Origin: an uncultured Oscillospiraceae bacterium | GTDB lineage: Bacteria > Bacillota > Clostridia > Acetivibrionales > DTU013 | Reading direction: 5' to 3' | Length of the DNA stretch: 64,000 nt | NCBI GenBank assembly: GCA_964587755.1 | Contig: CAZPMC010000005.1 | Coordinates: forward strand, 2,486 to 66,485 | In this document: positions 15,326 through 24,820 of the stretch, in pieces | Layout of the letters: the number at the start of each line of letters is the position of its first letter | Position numbering within the stretch: position 1 is the first letter of the stretch | Position numbers and translations under genes: made by a program | The notes under the pieces: model-generated | What the model was told of the DNA's origin: nothing | Seen by the model: only the letters and a program-made list of their open reading frames with translations | The model's database searches: none

Positions 15326-16579
15326 ATGAACCAAAATAGTAATTATGTTAACAAATTAAGCCGTTTAATGCCTTTGGCAGCAGGGATTCTGATCCAAATG
15401 TGCTGTGGTACAGCTTATATCTGGGGAATATTTCAAGCATTTCTCATTATTACTCCGAACACACCAAATGCACTATTCAACTGGTCACCGACCTATGGAA
15501 CAGTGGCCTATGCGTTGCTTTTAAGCATGCTAACAGTCGGCAGCATTATAGGCGGAAAAACACAGCAATCAGGAAAGGTTCAGCCGGGCGCTGTTATAAT
15601 AGTTGCAGGTTTAATAATGGGAGGAGGCTTTTTACTCGTACAGTTTACCACCGAATTAACTCCCTGGCTTCTTTGGTTGTCCTATGGCATATTAGGTGGA
15701 ATTGGTATGGGAATGGTTTATACTACTACAATAGCTGTTTGCCAGAAATGGTTCCCGGATCACAGAGGACTGGTGACAGGAGTAATTGTTTCAGCACTTG
15801 GAGCGGGAACGGTCATCTTCTCGAAAATTTCCGAATCGGTTATCCCAAATATAGGTGTATTACAGACCTTTGCCTTGCTAGGGGCAGTTTTTATAGTAGT
15901 ATGCTTCCTATGTTCCTTTTTCGTAAAAAATCCACCTGAGAATTTTAAGCCTGCAGGATGGAATCCACCAGCTCCTAAGGATGGAGTTATTCACCAGCAC
16001 TTTATGCCGGGTGAGGCTTTAAGAACACCTCAGCTTTATCTTGTAGGCTTAGGTCTTATGTTTGCCACCTTTGCAGGTTCAATGGTCATTCCTATGGCAA
16101 AGGTATTCGGACTTTCCAACGGATTATCCGAATCAGCGGCTGCAATGGGTGTTTTAGTTGTTGGCGGGTGCAACTCTTTAGGAAGACTTGTTTGGGGATT
16201 TATATCAGATAAGTTTGGCAGAAGAAACACTCTTATTCTTCTCTTAGTAATGACAGCAGCTTCTATACTAGCACTGTCAGTAGTTCCAAGCACAGCAATA
16301 CTTATTGTGTTTTCACTGGTCGGGTTCTCTTACGGCGGCTTTCTTGGGGTATTCCCGGCTCTCACGGCAGACTTTTTCGGAACCAGGTATGTTGCCACCA
16401 TATACGGAATGGTACTGCTTGGATTTGGAGCAGGTGCTGTTGTGTCGGCCTTCATCGTTGGTGAGCTCAGTAAGATAAAGGCCTTTTCAACAGCATTTAC
16501 AATCGCGGCAATTGCAGCAGGCGTTGCATTCATTATAGTTTTATTGATGAAAGCACCAAAAGAGAAAAGAACAGCTTAA
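15326..16579 (+). CDS. MFS transporter, oxalate/formate antiporter (OFA)-like family
   Basis: About 12 TM helices. The N-terminal motif CCGTAYIWGIFQ is typical of OFA/OxlT-like MFS proteins. Start set at the ATG at 15326 (RBS AGGAGA 6 nt upstream) rather than the track start at 15284. Promoter TTGATA-17-TATTAT lies upstream. Confidence 0.75.
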   Translation: MNQNSNYVNKLSRLMPLAAGILIQMCCGTAYIWGIFQAFLIITPNTPNALFNWSPTYGTVAYALLLSMLTVGSIIGGKTQQSGKVQPGAVIIVAGLIMGGGFLLVQFTTELTPWLLWLSYGILGGIGMGMVYTTTIAVCQKWFPDHRGLVTGVIVSALGAGTVIFSKISESVIPNIGVLQTFALLGAVFIVVCFLCSFFVKNPPENFKPAGWNPPAPKDGVIHQHFMPGEALRTPQLYLVGLGLMFATFAGSMVIPMAKVFGLSNGLSESAAAMGVLVVGGCNSLGRLVWGFISDKFGRRNTLILLLVMTAASILALSVVPSTAILIVFSLVGFSYGGFLGVFPALTADFFGTRYVATIYGMVLLGFGAGAVVSAFIVGELSKIKAFSTAFTIAAIAAGVAFIIVLLMKAPKEKRTA

Positions 16580-16596
16580 CCAACTAATTTAACCGG

Positions 16597-17121
16597 TTAG
16601 TGATTATGTTTTTCGGCTGCCTCAGCGGCTGCTTTTGTGGCATGAACTGTGCCGTGCGGATGCTGAGGCGGTGCATATATTGAGTATAGCTTAAGTGGCT
16701 TTTTCCCTGTGTTTATAATGTTGTGCCATTTGCCGGCAGGTATGATGATTATATATCCGTAACATACGCTTTCTTGAAAATCCATCTTATTCTTCCCATC
16801 ACCCATCATAACAATCCCCTGACCATCTTCGATGCGAATGAACTGGTCAACGTCGTAATGGATCTCTAAACCTATATCTTCTCCTACATCTATGCTCATA
16901 AGGGTTAGCTGTAAATACTTACCTGTCCATAAAGCAGTACGGAAAGTGTCATTTTGCTTTGTTGCCTGCTCAATATCTACTACAAATGGGTTTGGACCAT
17001 AATCCTTAATAATAATTGGAGAACCGTCCCCGAATTTTGAAGAACCGTCCCCGAAATAATAATTAGATAGGTAAGGACAGTGATAGTATCCGCAAGGGTA
17101 TACTCTGGGAATATTACACAT
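16597..17121 (-). CDS. Cupin-domain protein with a Cys/Tyr-rich N-terminus
   Basis: Cupin beta-barrel motifs (GLEIHYDVDQFIRIEDGQG...IIIPAGKWHNIIN). Start set at the ATG at 17121 (GAGAGGAG 8 nt upstream). The track's longer 201-aa N-terminus has no RBS. Confidence 0.7.
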   Translation of the reverse strand: MCNIPRVYPCGYYHCPYLSNYYFGDGSSKFGDGSPIIIKDYGPNPFVVDIEQATKQNDTFRTALWTGKYLQLTLMSIDVGEDIGLEIHYDVDQFIRIEDGQGIVMMGDGKNKMDFQESVCYGYIIIIPAGKWHNIINTGKKPLKLYSIYAPPQHPHGTVHATKAAAEAAEKHNH

Positions 17122-17266
17122 ATGGTTCACTCCTCTCATAGACCTACAACATATCATATGCTTTTTGCACAGGTTCGGTGAAAAAAGCCTTGACCGTAGC
17201 AAGTTATCAGATTATAAAGCTATCGGGCTTTAGAATAAAAAATCAAATGCCAGGAGGGGTGAAATT

Positions 17267-19276
17267 CTAGATAAAAAGCAGACTACCTGCTTTATAAAAT
17301 ATAAACGCTACGAGCCAGGCAATAGAGCATTGCATAATGACGATAACGACTGTCTGAAGCCTGGAGTTAAGTTCTCTTCTTATAGCTGCAACTGCCGCAA
17401 CACAAGGGGTATAAAGCAGTGAAAACACCAGAAAGCTGACTGCTGACAGGGGTGTGAATAAACTGCTGAGAGTACTGCTTAATTCGGCTACACTTGTTCC
17501 GGATAACACGCTCAATGTGCTCACAACTGCTTCCTTTGCAGAAAATCCTGCTATAAGTGATGTGGCGATTCTCCAGTCGGTAAACCCAAGAGGAGTAAAC
17601 AAAGGTGCAATTATCTTTCCTAATGCGGCCAGTAAGCTGTGTTCGCTGTCTGAGACTACATTTAGCTGAGCATCAAAGGTCTGCAAGAACCAAATGATTA
17701 TTGTGGCTATAAAAATTATTGTAAATGCTCTTTGTAAAAAGTCCTTTGCCTTATCCCATAATAATATTAATACGCTTTTAAAGGATGGCAGACGATAGTT
17801 GGGAAGCTCCATTACAAAGGGAACGGGCTTACCCGTAAAAGCGGTTTTTTTCAGAAGCAATGCGCTCAATACGGCTATTATTATTCCTGTTACGTATAGA
17901 CCAATCATTACAAGGGCTTGATATTCTGTGAAAAATGCAGCAGCAAAAACTGCGTATATCGGGATTTTAGCAGAGCAGCTCATAAACGGCACCAATAGAA
18001 TGGTAAGTTTTCTGTCCCGGTGAGATGCCAGTGTCCGGGTTGACATAACAGCCGGAACGGTACAGCCAAAACCAAGGAGCATTGGTACAAAGCTCCGTCC
18101 GGAAAGTCCAATTTTTCGAAACAAGCTGTCCATAACAAAGGCGACACGAGCCATATAACCCGTATCCTCCAAAATGGAAAGGAAAAAAAACAGAACCACA
18201 ATAATAGGCAGGAAGCTTAAAACACTGCCTACACCAGTGAATACACCGTCAATAACCAAGCTGTGTACAACTGGATTAATGCCGTATGCACTCAAAGCAG
18301 AATCGACTGCTTCTGATATAAAGGTGATGCCCAAAGTTAAAAGGTCACTTAAAAAAGTTCCCAAAAAGCCAAAGGTCACCCAGAAAATAAAAAACATTAT
18401 CCCAAAGAAGATGGGAATTGCCAGGTATTTATTTGTCAGAACGCTGTCAATTTTGATGCTCCTTATATGCTCCTTGCTCTCACCGCTTTTTTTGACGGTT
18501 TGGGAACAGACTCCCTCAATGAAGTTGTACCTCATATCTGCAAGTGCTGCATTCCTGTCCATTCCAAGCTCGTTTTCCATCTCCACTATCGAGTGATCTA
18601 TCATTTCTATTTCATTTTGGCTAAGATTCAGAAGCTTTGTAAAGGATTCGTCACCTTCGATCAGCTTCGTTGCAGAAAAACGTGAAGAAACACCAATAGC
18701 GTGGGCATGGTCTTCAATTAAATGAGATACCGCATGTATGCAGCGGTGAACGGGGCCGCTTGGGCAAAAATCATATACTTTCGGAAGTATTCTCTTCTTT
18801 GAAACTTCAATAACTTTATTAACAACTTCTGATACACCTTCATTTTTTGCTGCGCTGATGGGGATAACGGGAATTCCGAGAAGCTGCGACATTTTGGCTA
18901 TATCTATTGAGCCTCTGTTGTTTCTGACCTCATCCATCATGTTTAGTGCTAATACCATGGGTATCTGTAGTTCAATTAACTGCAAAGTCAGATAAAGGTT
19001 GCGCTCAATATTTGTCGCATCCACTATATTAATGATGCCGTCTGGCTTTTGGTTTATGATAAAATCACGGGTGATCAGCTCTTCACTTGTGTACGGGCGA
19101 AGGGAATATATGCCGGGCAAATCAACAAGTGATACATTTTTGGTACTTTTTATATTACCTATCTTTTGTTCAACTGTCACACCGGGGAAATTTCCCACAT
19201 GTTGATTTGAACCGGTTAAACAATTAAATAATGTTGTCTTTCCACAGTTTTGGTTGCCAACGAGTGCGAGTATCAT
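17267..19276 (-). CDS. feoB: Ferrous iron transporter FeoB
   Basis: N-terminal G-domain (ALVGNQNCGKTTLFN, DLPGIYSL, NMMD) followed by a polytopic permease. The ATG at 19276 lies 1 nt after the feoA stop. Confidence 0.95.
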   Translation of the reverse strand: MILALVGNQNCGKTTLFNCLTGSNQHVGNFPGVTVEQKIGNIKSTKNVSLVDLPGIYSLRPYTSEELITRDFIINQKPDGIINIVDATNIERNLYLTLQLIELQIPMVLALNMMDEVRNNRGSIDIAKMSQLLGIPVIPISAAKNEGVSEVVNKVIEVSKKRILPKVYDFCPSGPVHRCIHAVSHLIEDHAHAIGVSSRFSATKLIEGDESFTKLLNLSQNEIEMIDHSIVEMENELGMDRNAALADMRYNFIEGVCSQTVKKSGESKEHIRSIKIDSVLTNKYLAIPIFFGIMFFIFWVTFGFLGTFLSDLLTLGITFISEAVDSALSAYGINPVVHSLVIDGVFTGVGSVLSFLPIIVVLFFFLSILEDTGYMARVAFVMDSLFRKIGLSGRSFVPMLLGFGCTVPAVMSTRTLASHRDRKLTILLVPFMSCSAKIPIYAVFAAAFFTEYQALVMIGLYVTGIIIAVLSALLLKKTAFTGKPVPFVMELPNYRLPSFKSVLILLWDKAKDFLQRAFTIIFIATIIIWFLQTFDAQLNVVSDSEHSLLAALGKIIAPLFTPLGFTDWRIATSLIAGFSAKEAVVSTLSVLSGTSVAELSSTLSSLFTPLSAVSFLVFSLLYTPCVAAVAAIRRELNSRLQTVVIVIMQCSIAWLVAFIFYKAGSLLFI

Positions 19277-19277
19277 C

Positions 19278-19508
19278 TTATTGCCCAACCTCCACAACCT
19301 CGATTTTTGTAGCATCTTCTTTTCGAATAGTCAAAGCATAACCGCGAATACTCAGTTCTAATGGGTCGCCCATTGGAGCAGTTTTACGAACAATCACCTT
19401 TGTGTTCGGAATTATTCCCATGTCAAGAAATCTTACGCGTAGTTCGCCTTGACCGCCTACTTTTGTTATAATCGCTTGTTTTCCAATCGGTAGTTTGTCT
19501 AATGTCAT
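19278..19508 (-). CDS. feoA: FeoA family iron transport protein
   Basis: A 76-aa SH3-like FeoA sequence (LDKLPIGKQAIITKV...RFLDMGIIPNTKV...GDPLEL). Confidence 0.9.
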   Translation of the reverse strand: MTLDKLPIGKQAIITKVGGQGELRVRFLDMGIIPNTKVIVRKTAPMGDPLELSIRGYALTIRKEDATKIEVVEVGQ

Positions 19509-19537
19509 TCCAGAATCCCCCCAAAAAATACGAAAAA

Positions 19538-19589
19538 GTTAGGTATGGCTAACTAAAGTTAGCATAGCATAACTAAAGTGTTCTGTCAA
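19538..19589 (-). promoter_or_regulatory. feoAB promoter with an overlapping operator-like repeat
   Basis: On the minus strand: TTGACA (19589-19584), 17-bp spacer, TATGCT (19566-19561). TAACTAAAGT occurs twice, 20 bp apart (19550-19559 and 19570-19579). The dyad CTAACTAAAGTTAG and a DtxR/IdeR-like 19-mer (about 14-15/19 to TTAGGTTAGCCTAACCTAA) are at 19538-19563. Confidence 0.45.
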
Positions 19590-19657
19590 CCACTCATTGA
19601 CGAATATCATTTTATTTGTTATTGTGATTAGAGGATTTATACGATGGGAGAGTCAAA

Positions 19658-21142
19658 ATGAACGAAATAGGCTTTGCAAATGATCAATATTTACGGCTTC
19701 AATCACAGAAAATTCTTGATCGTATCGGACAGTTTGGCGGAAAGCTGTATCTCGAATTTGGCGGAAAGCTTTTTGACGACTTCCACGCCTCCAGAGTGCT
19801 GCCGGGCTTTAAGCCTGATGGTAAGGTTAAGCTTCTTTTGCAGATGAAGGAACAAGTCGAGATAGTTATTACAATCAATGCAGATGATATAGAAAAGAAC
19901 AAACGCAGAGGAGATCTTGGCATAACATATGATTTGGAAGTACTTCGCTTGATTGATGCGTTTCGTGAAATTGGTTTATATGTAGGTAGCGTTGTAATAA
20001 CCCATTATCGAAGCCAGCATGCAGCAGGAACATTTATTAAGCGTCTGACAAACCTTGGGATAAAAGTATTTAAGCATTACCCAATTCATGATTACCCGTC
20101 AAATATTCCTCTTATAGTCAGTGATGACGGATTTGGTAAAAATGAATATATTGAAACAAGCCGATCCCTTGTTGTTGTTACTGCACCAGGACCAGGTAGC
20201 GGTAAAATGGCAACTTGTCTTTCACAGCTTTACCATGATTATAAGCGGGGAAAGAAAGCAGGATATGCTAAGTTTGAAACCTTTCCCTTATGGAATTTAC
20301 CATTGAAGCACCCGGTAAATTTAGCTTATGAAGCAGCCACAACCGACTTAAACGATGTCAATATGATTGATCCCTTCCACTTGGAAGCATATGGTATTAC
20401 TGCGGTGAACTACAACAGGGACATTGAAATTTTTCCCGTATTGAATGCTATTTTGGAGAAAATTCTTGGAAAATCTCCTTATAAGAGCCCCACAGATATG
20501 GGTGTAAATATGGCAGGCTTTTGCATCACAAACGATGAGCTTGTATGCAAGGCATCCGAGCAAGAAATAATCCGAAGATACTATAATACAAGCTGCTCCC
20601 AAAGACAGGGAATGGCAGAAAAAGCGGAAGTATATAGACTTGAGCTTCTTATGAATCAATTGGGCATATCGTCGAAAGACCGTCCCGTAGTGCAAGCGGC
20701 ATTAGACCGTTCTGAGCAGACAGATGGTCCTGCAGTATCCCTTCAGTTGCATGACGGACGAATTGTCACAGGAAAAACGACACCACTATTGGGTGCTTCT
20801 GCGGCGCTTTTATTGAATGCCCTAAAAGAGCTGGGCGGCATTCACCATGATATTCATTTGATTTCACCGATTGTAATTGAGCCTATTCAATCCCTTAAAG
20901 TTAAGCATATGGGCAATAATAATCCGCGTCTTCACACAGACGAAATACTGATTGCTCTTTGTATTTGTGCAGCCACAAATCCTACGGCAGCACTTGCAAT
21001 GCAGCAGCTTAGCAAACTAAGGGGATGCGAAGCCCACTCTACCGTCATACTGTCACGAGTTGATGAAAATGTTTTTCACAGGCTTGGAATCAATATTACA
21101 TGTGAGCCGAAATATCAATCGAAAAAGCTGTATCATAAATAA
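19658..21142 (+). CDS. UPF0371/DUF1846 family protein
   Basis: The N-terminus ([19 protein letters not shown]...[23 protein letters not shown]) matches my recollection of the conserved UPF0371 family (~494 aa). Confidence 0.7.
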   Translation: MNEIGFANDQYLRLQSQKILDRIGQFGGKLYLEFGGKLFDDFHASRVLPGFKPDGKVKLLLQMKEQVEIVITINADDIEKNKRRGDLGITYDLEVLRLIDAFREIGLYVGSVVITHYRSQHAAGTFIKRLTNLGIKVFKHYPIHDYPSNIPLIVSDDGFGKNEYIETSRSLVVVTAPGPGSGKMATCLSQLYHDYKRGKKAGYAKFETFPLWNLPLKHPVNLAYEAATTDLNDVNMIDPFHLEAYGITAVNYNRDIEIFPVLNAILEKILGKSPYKSPTDMGVNMAGFCITNDELVCKASEQEIIRRYYNTSCSQRQGMAEKAEVYRLELLMNQLGISSKDRPVVQAALDRSEQTDGPAVSLQLHDGRIVTGKTTPLLGASAALLLNALKELGGIHHDIHLISPIVIEPIQSLKVKHMGNNNPRLHTDEILIALCICAATNPTAALAMQQLSKLRGCEAHSTVILSRVDENVFHRLGINITCEPKYQSKKLYHK

Positions 21143-21162
21143 GAGGCTTTTGGGAGGGTGAC

Positions 21163-22338
21163 GTGTTGAAAAAACCCTGCATTACCTATGGAAGACTGCT
21201 AAGATATTGTGCCGTATTATTGTTTTTTATCTTTGTCGCCGTATTATTACCGGCGGAGTCTTTTGCAGAATATTCTGATACAATTGTAATAAAGATCGGA
21301 AGCCGTTTTATGACTGTAAACGGTATAGACAAAGAGATCGACCCGGGCAGGGGGACTGTCAGTGTTCTCGAAAGCGGCAGAACGTTGGTGCCCATAAGAG
21401 CTATAGCTGAAGAAATGGGCGGAATTGTTAGCTGGGACCCAAAGTATTCTCGTGTTGACATTATGCTTGACGATATTCATTTAAAACTTTGGATAAATCA
21501 GACCCTTACAATGGTAAACGGCAATGTGGAAATTATGGATGTTGCTGCAAGGATGGAGAACTTCAGGACATTAGTGCCTTTGAGATTTGTTGCAGAAAAT
21601 ATGGGGGCGCAAGTTAGTTGGAACGGCAAAACATCCGAGGCTGTAATTAAATTCAACAAAAAGCCGATACCTGTACCCAATCAGCCTCAATTTAGTATCA
21701 TTGATAGATTTGATGAGCTAGAAGGAAACGCCGGCAGAGTAGCGTTTGAAATTGATTCTTCTCAGATGATCGGAGAATATTCAGGATTTAAGCTGTATTT
21801 TACCAATGACCAGGGGCAGCAGGACTGTTTGTTTATTGATACTACTGATGGTACCAACGGATTTTATTGTTCGGATACCATAGGAAAAACTGTTGATATA
21901 GCTGTGACGGCTGTAAACAGAACGGTTGAAAGCCCTCCGCAGCAAATTAAATTTGCAATGCTTGGGAAAGTTAATTTTGATAAGATATGGTCTGAAAGGA
22001 AGATATATAATCTGGAGGGTGCGCCGAGCTGGTATGGAATATCATGGCTGCCTGTACCCGGTGCGGCAAAATACAAGGTATACATATCCAATAATGCATC
22101 GGATTGGCAGGATTTTAAAAGCACGGGGAACCTTTCTAAATTTCATGATATTATAGTCTCTGACACATATATCAGCACCAAGGAGAATTTAGACTTGCCT
22201 CAGGAGTTGATAACAACCGCTTTAGGAGAGTATAGATATATAGTAATATTCCCGGTGAATGATGAGGGAATACCTGGATTGATACCTGCTTCTTATGAGA
22301 TGCTTATTTCAGGAGAGACAATTAAGGTGGAAAATTAA
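21163..22338 (+). CDS. Secreted protein with two copper-amine-oxidase N-terminal (stalk) repeats and a C-terminal Fn3-like domain
   Basis: Signal peptide. Two repeats of the form NG...RTLVPIRAIAEEMGG.VSWD. GTG (21163) or TTG (21166) start after GGGAGGG. Confidence 0.7.
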   Translation: MLKKPCITYGRLLRYCAVLLFFIFVAVLLPAESFAEYSDTIVIKIGSRFMTVNGIDKEIDPGRGTVSVLESGRTLVPIRAIAEEMGGIVSWDPKYSRVDIMLDDIHLKLWINQTLTMVNGNVEIMDVAARMENFRTLVPLRFVAENMGAQVSWNGKTSEAVIKFNKKPIPVPNQPQFSIIDRFDELEGNAGRVAFEIDSSQMIGEYSGFKLYFTNDQGQQDCLFIDTTDGTNGFYCSDTIGKTVDIAVTAVNRTVESPPQQIKFAMLGKVNFDKIWSERKIYNLEGAPSWYGISWLPVPGAAKYKVYISNNASDWQDFKSTGNLSKFHDIIVSDTYISTKENLDLPQELITTALGEYRYIVIFPVNDEGIPGLIPASYEMLISGETIKVEN

Positions 22339-22362
22339 TACAAAATAACTTAAGGTACTTAT

Positions 22363-23133
22363 ATGCAAATAACAATAGGAAAAATACTAACGATAACAGT
22401 TCTGACTTTCATAGCAGGGTTTGTGGATTCAATCGCAGGTGGAGGCGGACTAATATCCCTGCCCTCTTATCTGCTCGTTGGGCTTCCTTCTCATGCAGCA
22501 CTGGGGACTAATAAATTTTCTTCAGCCGTGGGAACATTTACTGCCACAGTAAGGTTCGTAAAAAACAGGCAAATACACGTAAGGTCTGCTGTAATTGCTG
22601 CTCTGGCTGCTCTTGCAGGTTCATTTTGCGGTGCCAGGCTGGCATTGTCCTTTGATGAGAAGTTTTTAAAATGGATGTTGATAATTTTACTTCCGCTTAT
22701 AGCTCTGTTTATATTAACAAGGAAAAATTTTGGAGAGGAGAATAGGGTTTCTTCCATTCCGATAAAGAAATTAGTGGTTCTTGCTGCAATAATCGGCTTT
22801 GTCATCGGAGCCTATGATGGTTTTTTCGGCCCGGGGACAGGCTCTTTTTTAATTCTTGGGTTTACAGGAATTTTAGGTCTGGATCTGGCTACTGCATCAG
22901 GAAATACGAAGATTGTAAATCTGGCTTCTAACATTGCTGCTGTGGCAACGTTTCTTTCGAGCGGAGCCGTTGTTCTTGCCTTAGGTATACCGGCAGCTAT
23001 AGGAGGAATGCTGGGCAATTGGCTTGGTTCGGGGCTTGCGATTAAAAACGGGGCTAAGATAATAAGACCCATGTTTATTGTTGTGTTGGCGCTGCTTTTC
23101 GGTAAAGTGCTATGGGACTTATTAAGGGTGTAA
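22363..23133 (+). CDS. TauE/SafE (TSUP) family anion exporter
   Basis: Eight TM helices, GGGG(L)ISLP and GTNK motifs, and a duplicated 4-TM architecture. Confidence 0.75.
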   Translation: MQITIGKILTITVLTFIAGFVDSIAGGGGLISLPSYLLVGLPSHAALGTNKFSSAVGTFTATVRFVKNRQIHVRSAVIAALAALAGSFCGARLALSFDEKFLKWMLIILLPLIALFILTRKNFGEENRVSSIPIKKLVVLAAIIGFVIGAYDGFFGPGTGSFLILGFTGILGLDLATASGNTKIVNLASNIAAVATFLSSGAVVLALGIPAAIGGMLGNWLGSGLAIKNGAKIIRPMFIVVLALLFGKVLWDLLRV

Positions 23134-23227
23134 AGTGCTAAATAACAGTATTTATATGTTTATTTTTGTGGTATTATAAAATTTAACAGCATACACAACA
23201 AAATAAGTTACAAGGAGAGAGAAAAGA

Positions 23228-24400
23228 ATGGACTACAGAAAAGAATCATTGAGACTCCATGGTGAATGGAAAGGTAAAATCGAAGTTGTCAGCGCAGTTG
23301 AGGTGAAAGACAAGCAGGATCTTTCTTTAGCGTATACACCTGGTGTTGCAGAACCTTGTCTTGCTATTCAAAAGGATATAAATCGATCCTACGAGCTAAC
23401 AAGAAGATGGAACCTTGTAGCAGTTGTTACAGATGGATCTGCGGTACTCGGACTGGGAGATATTGGCCCCGAAGCGGGAATGCCTGTAATGGAAGGCAAA
23501 TGTGTATTGTTTAAAACGTTTGGTGATGTGGATGCGTTTCCCCTATGTATCAGATCAAAAAATGTTGATGAAATTGTGAATACAATAAAGCTTCTGGCAG
23601 GAAGCTTTGGCGGTATAAATCTAGAGGATATTTCAGCGCCAAGATGCTTTGAAATCGAAAGACGCCTTAAGGAAGAATGTGATATTCCTATTTTCCACGA
23701 TGACCAGCATGGAACGGCAATCGTGACCCTGGCTGCTATGCTCAATGCATTAAAGCTTACAGGCAAGGACATACATAAAATTGAGGTTGTTGTAAACGGC
23801 TCTGGTGCAGCAGGTATTGCTATTACAAAGCTGCTTATGGCAATGGGACTTGAAAAAGTAATCCTTTGTGACACTAAGGGTGCCATTTACGTGGGAAGAG
23901 AAAACCTCAATGCTGAAAAGCAGGAAATGGCTAAGATATCAAATCTCCACAAAAAGAAGGGCACATTGAAGGATGTTATTGCAGGCGCAGACGTATTCAT
24001 CGGAGTATCCGCTGCAGGAATGCTTACTCAGGAAATGGTTAAGTCAATGGCAAAGGACCCTATAATTTTCGCAATGGCAAATCCAACGCCTGAAATCATG
24101 CCGGATGAAGCAAAAGAGGCAGGTGCCAGTGTTGTGGGAACAGGGCGCTCCGATTTCCCAAATCAGATTAATAATGTGCTGGCATTTCCGGGACTTTTCA
24201 GAGGCGCTCTTGATGTGAGAGCCAGTGATATAAACGATGAAATGAAGATAGCGGCTGCTAAGGCAATTGCCGAGCTTATTTCTGACGAAGAACTATCTGC
24301 GGACTATGTTATTCCAGCTCCCTTTGATCAGAGAGTTGCGAAAAATGTTGCAAAGTGGGTTGCGGAGGCGGCTATTAAGTCGGGTGTTAACCGGATATAA
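23228..24400 (+). CDS. NAD(P)-dependent malic enzyme (short, 390-aa type)
   Basis: LAYTPGVA, VTDGSAVLGLGDIG, FGGINLEDI, FHDDQHGTA and NGSGAAG motifs. Confidence 0.9.
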   Translation: MDYRKESLRLHGEWKGKIEVVSAVEVKDKQDLSLAYTPGVAEPCLAIQKDINRSYELTRRWNLVAVVTDGSAVLGLGDIGPEAGMPVMEGKCVLFKTFGDVDAFPLCIRSKNVDEIVNTIKLLAGSFGGINLEDISAPRCFEIERRLKEECDIPIFHDDQHGTAIVTLAAMLNALKLTGKDIHKIEVVVNGSGAAGIAITKLLMAMGLEKVILCDTKGAIYVGRENLNAEKQEMAKISNLHKKKGTLKDVIAGADVFIGVSAAGMLTQEMVKSMAKDPIIFAMANPTPEIMPDEAKEAGASVVGTGRSDFPNQINNVLAFPGLFRGALDVRASDINDEMKIAAAKAIAELISDEELSADYVIPAPFDQRVAKNVAKWVAEAAIKSGVNRI

Positions 24401-24420
24401 GAAAATAAAGCATTGAACTG

Positions 24421-24462
24421 AATCCAGTGAATGACCGTGAAGTTGTTCGCTGGATTTCTTTA
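24421..24462 (+). terminator. Rho-independent terminator of the malic enzyme gene
   Basis: AATCCAGTGA (24421-24430) pairs with TCGCTGGATT (24447-24456), followed by TCTTTAT. One T:G position forms a wobble pair only on the + strand. Confidence 0.7.
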
Positions 24463-24506
24463 TGTAGGGAGGTGCTGAGGTATAGACTGTCAGTGCCATT
24501 TATTCC

Positions 24507-24722
24507 GGTTATGTTTCAAAGCACCTACTGTAGTGCCCCAACTATACCGAATATTTGTTACAACTGAGAAGTCCTGTCTCACGGGTATTGCAGTCGTGTT
24601 GACCCATCCTGCTTAGAAGCCTAGCTTTTTACAGTCTGTAATTGCTCCGTTACACGTTGCCTGAGTCTGCCTGCCCTCAGCAGCTACAAAGCGGTGGTGC
24701 TTCGGAGCAGGAAACAGTAACC
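24507..24722. ncRNA. Candidate structured non-coding RNA (long rod with internal hairpins); class and strand unresolved
   Basis: A 216-nt ORF-free segment, visibly more GC-rich than other intergenic DNA here. Long-range pairing: GGTTA-TGTTTC (24507-24517) with GAAACA-G-TAACC (24711-24722), AAGCACC (24519-24525) with GGTGCTT (24696-24702), and TGTAG with CTACA. Internal hairpins at 24565-24581 and 24661-24680. A possible minus-strand promoter, TTGTTT-17-TATTAT, lies just right of 24722. Confidence 0.35.
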
Positions 24723-24820
24723 TTATCAAATAAAGAGATAATAAACATTGTTATGGAATGAAACAATATAGATGGACAATCGTATATAATAGTGAGTATG
24801 AAAACAAGGAGACAGTTGAT

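Noticed and set aside
24507-24722. Assigning the structured intergenic element to SRP RNA, tmRNA, RNase P RNA, a T-box or a known riboswitch.
   Set aside because: I could not find the SRP domain IV motif (GGAAGCAGCC-like), a tmRNA tag ORF with CCA-type ends, the RNase P GAGGAAAGUCC motif, or riboswitch core sequences. It is therefore left as an unclassified candidate RNA, with 6S-like shape only as a hypothesis.
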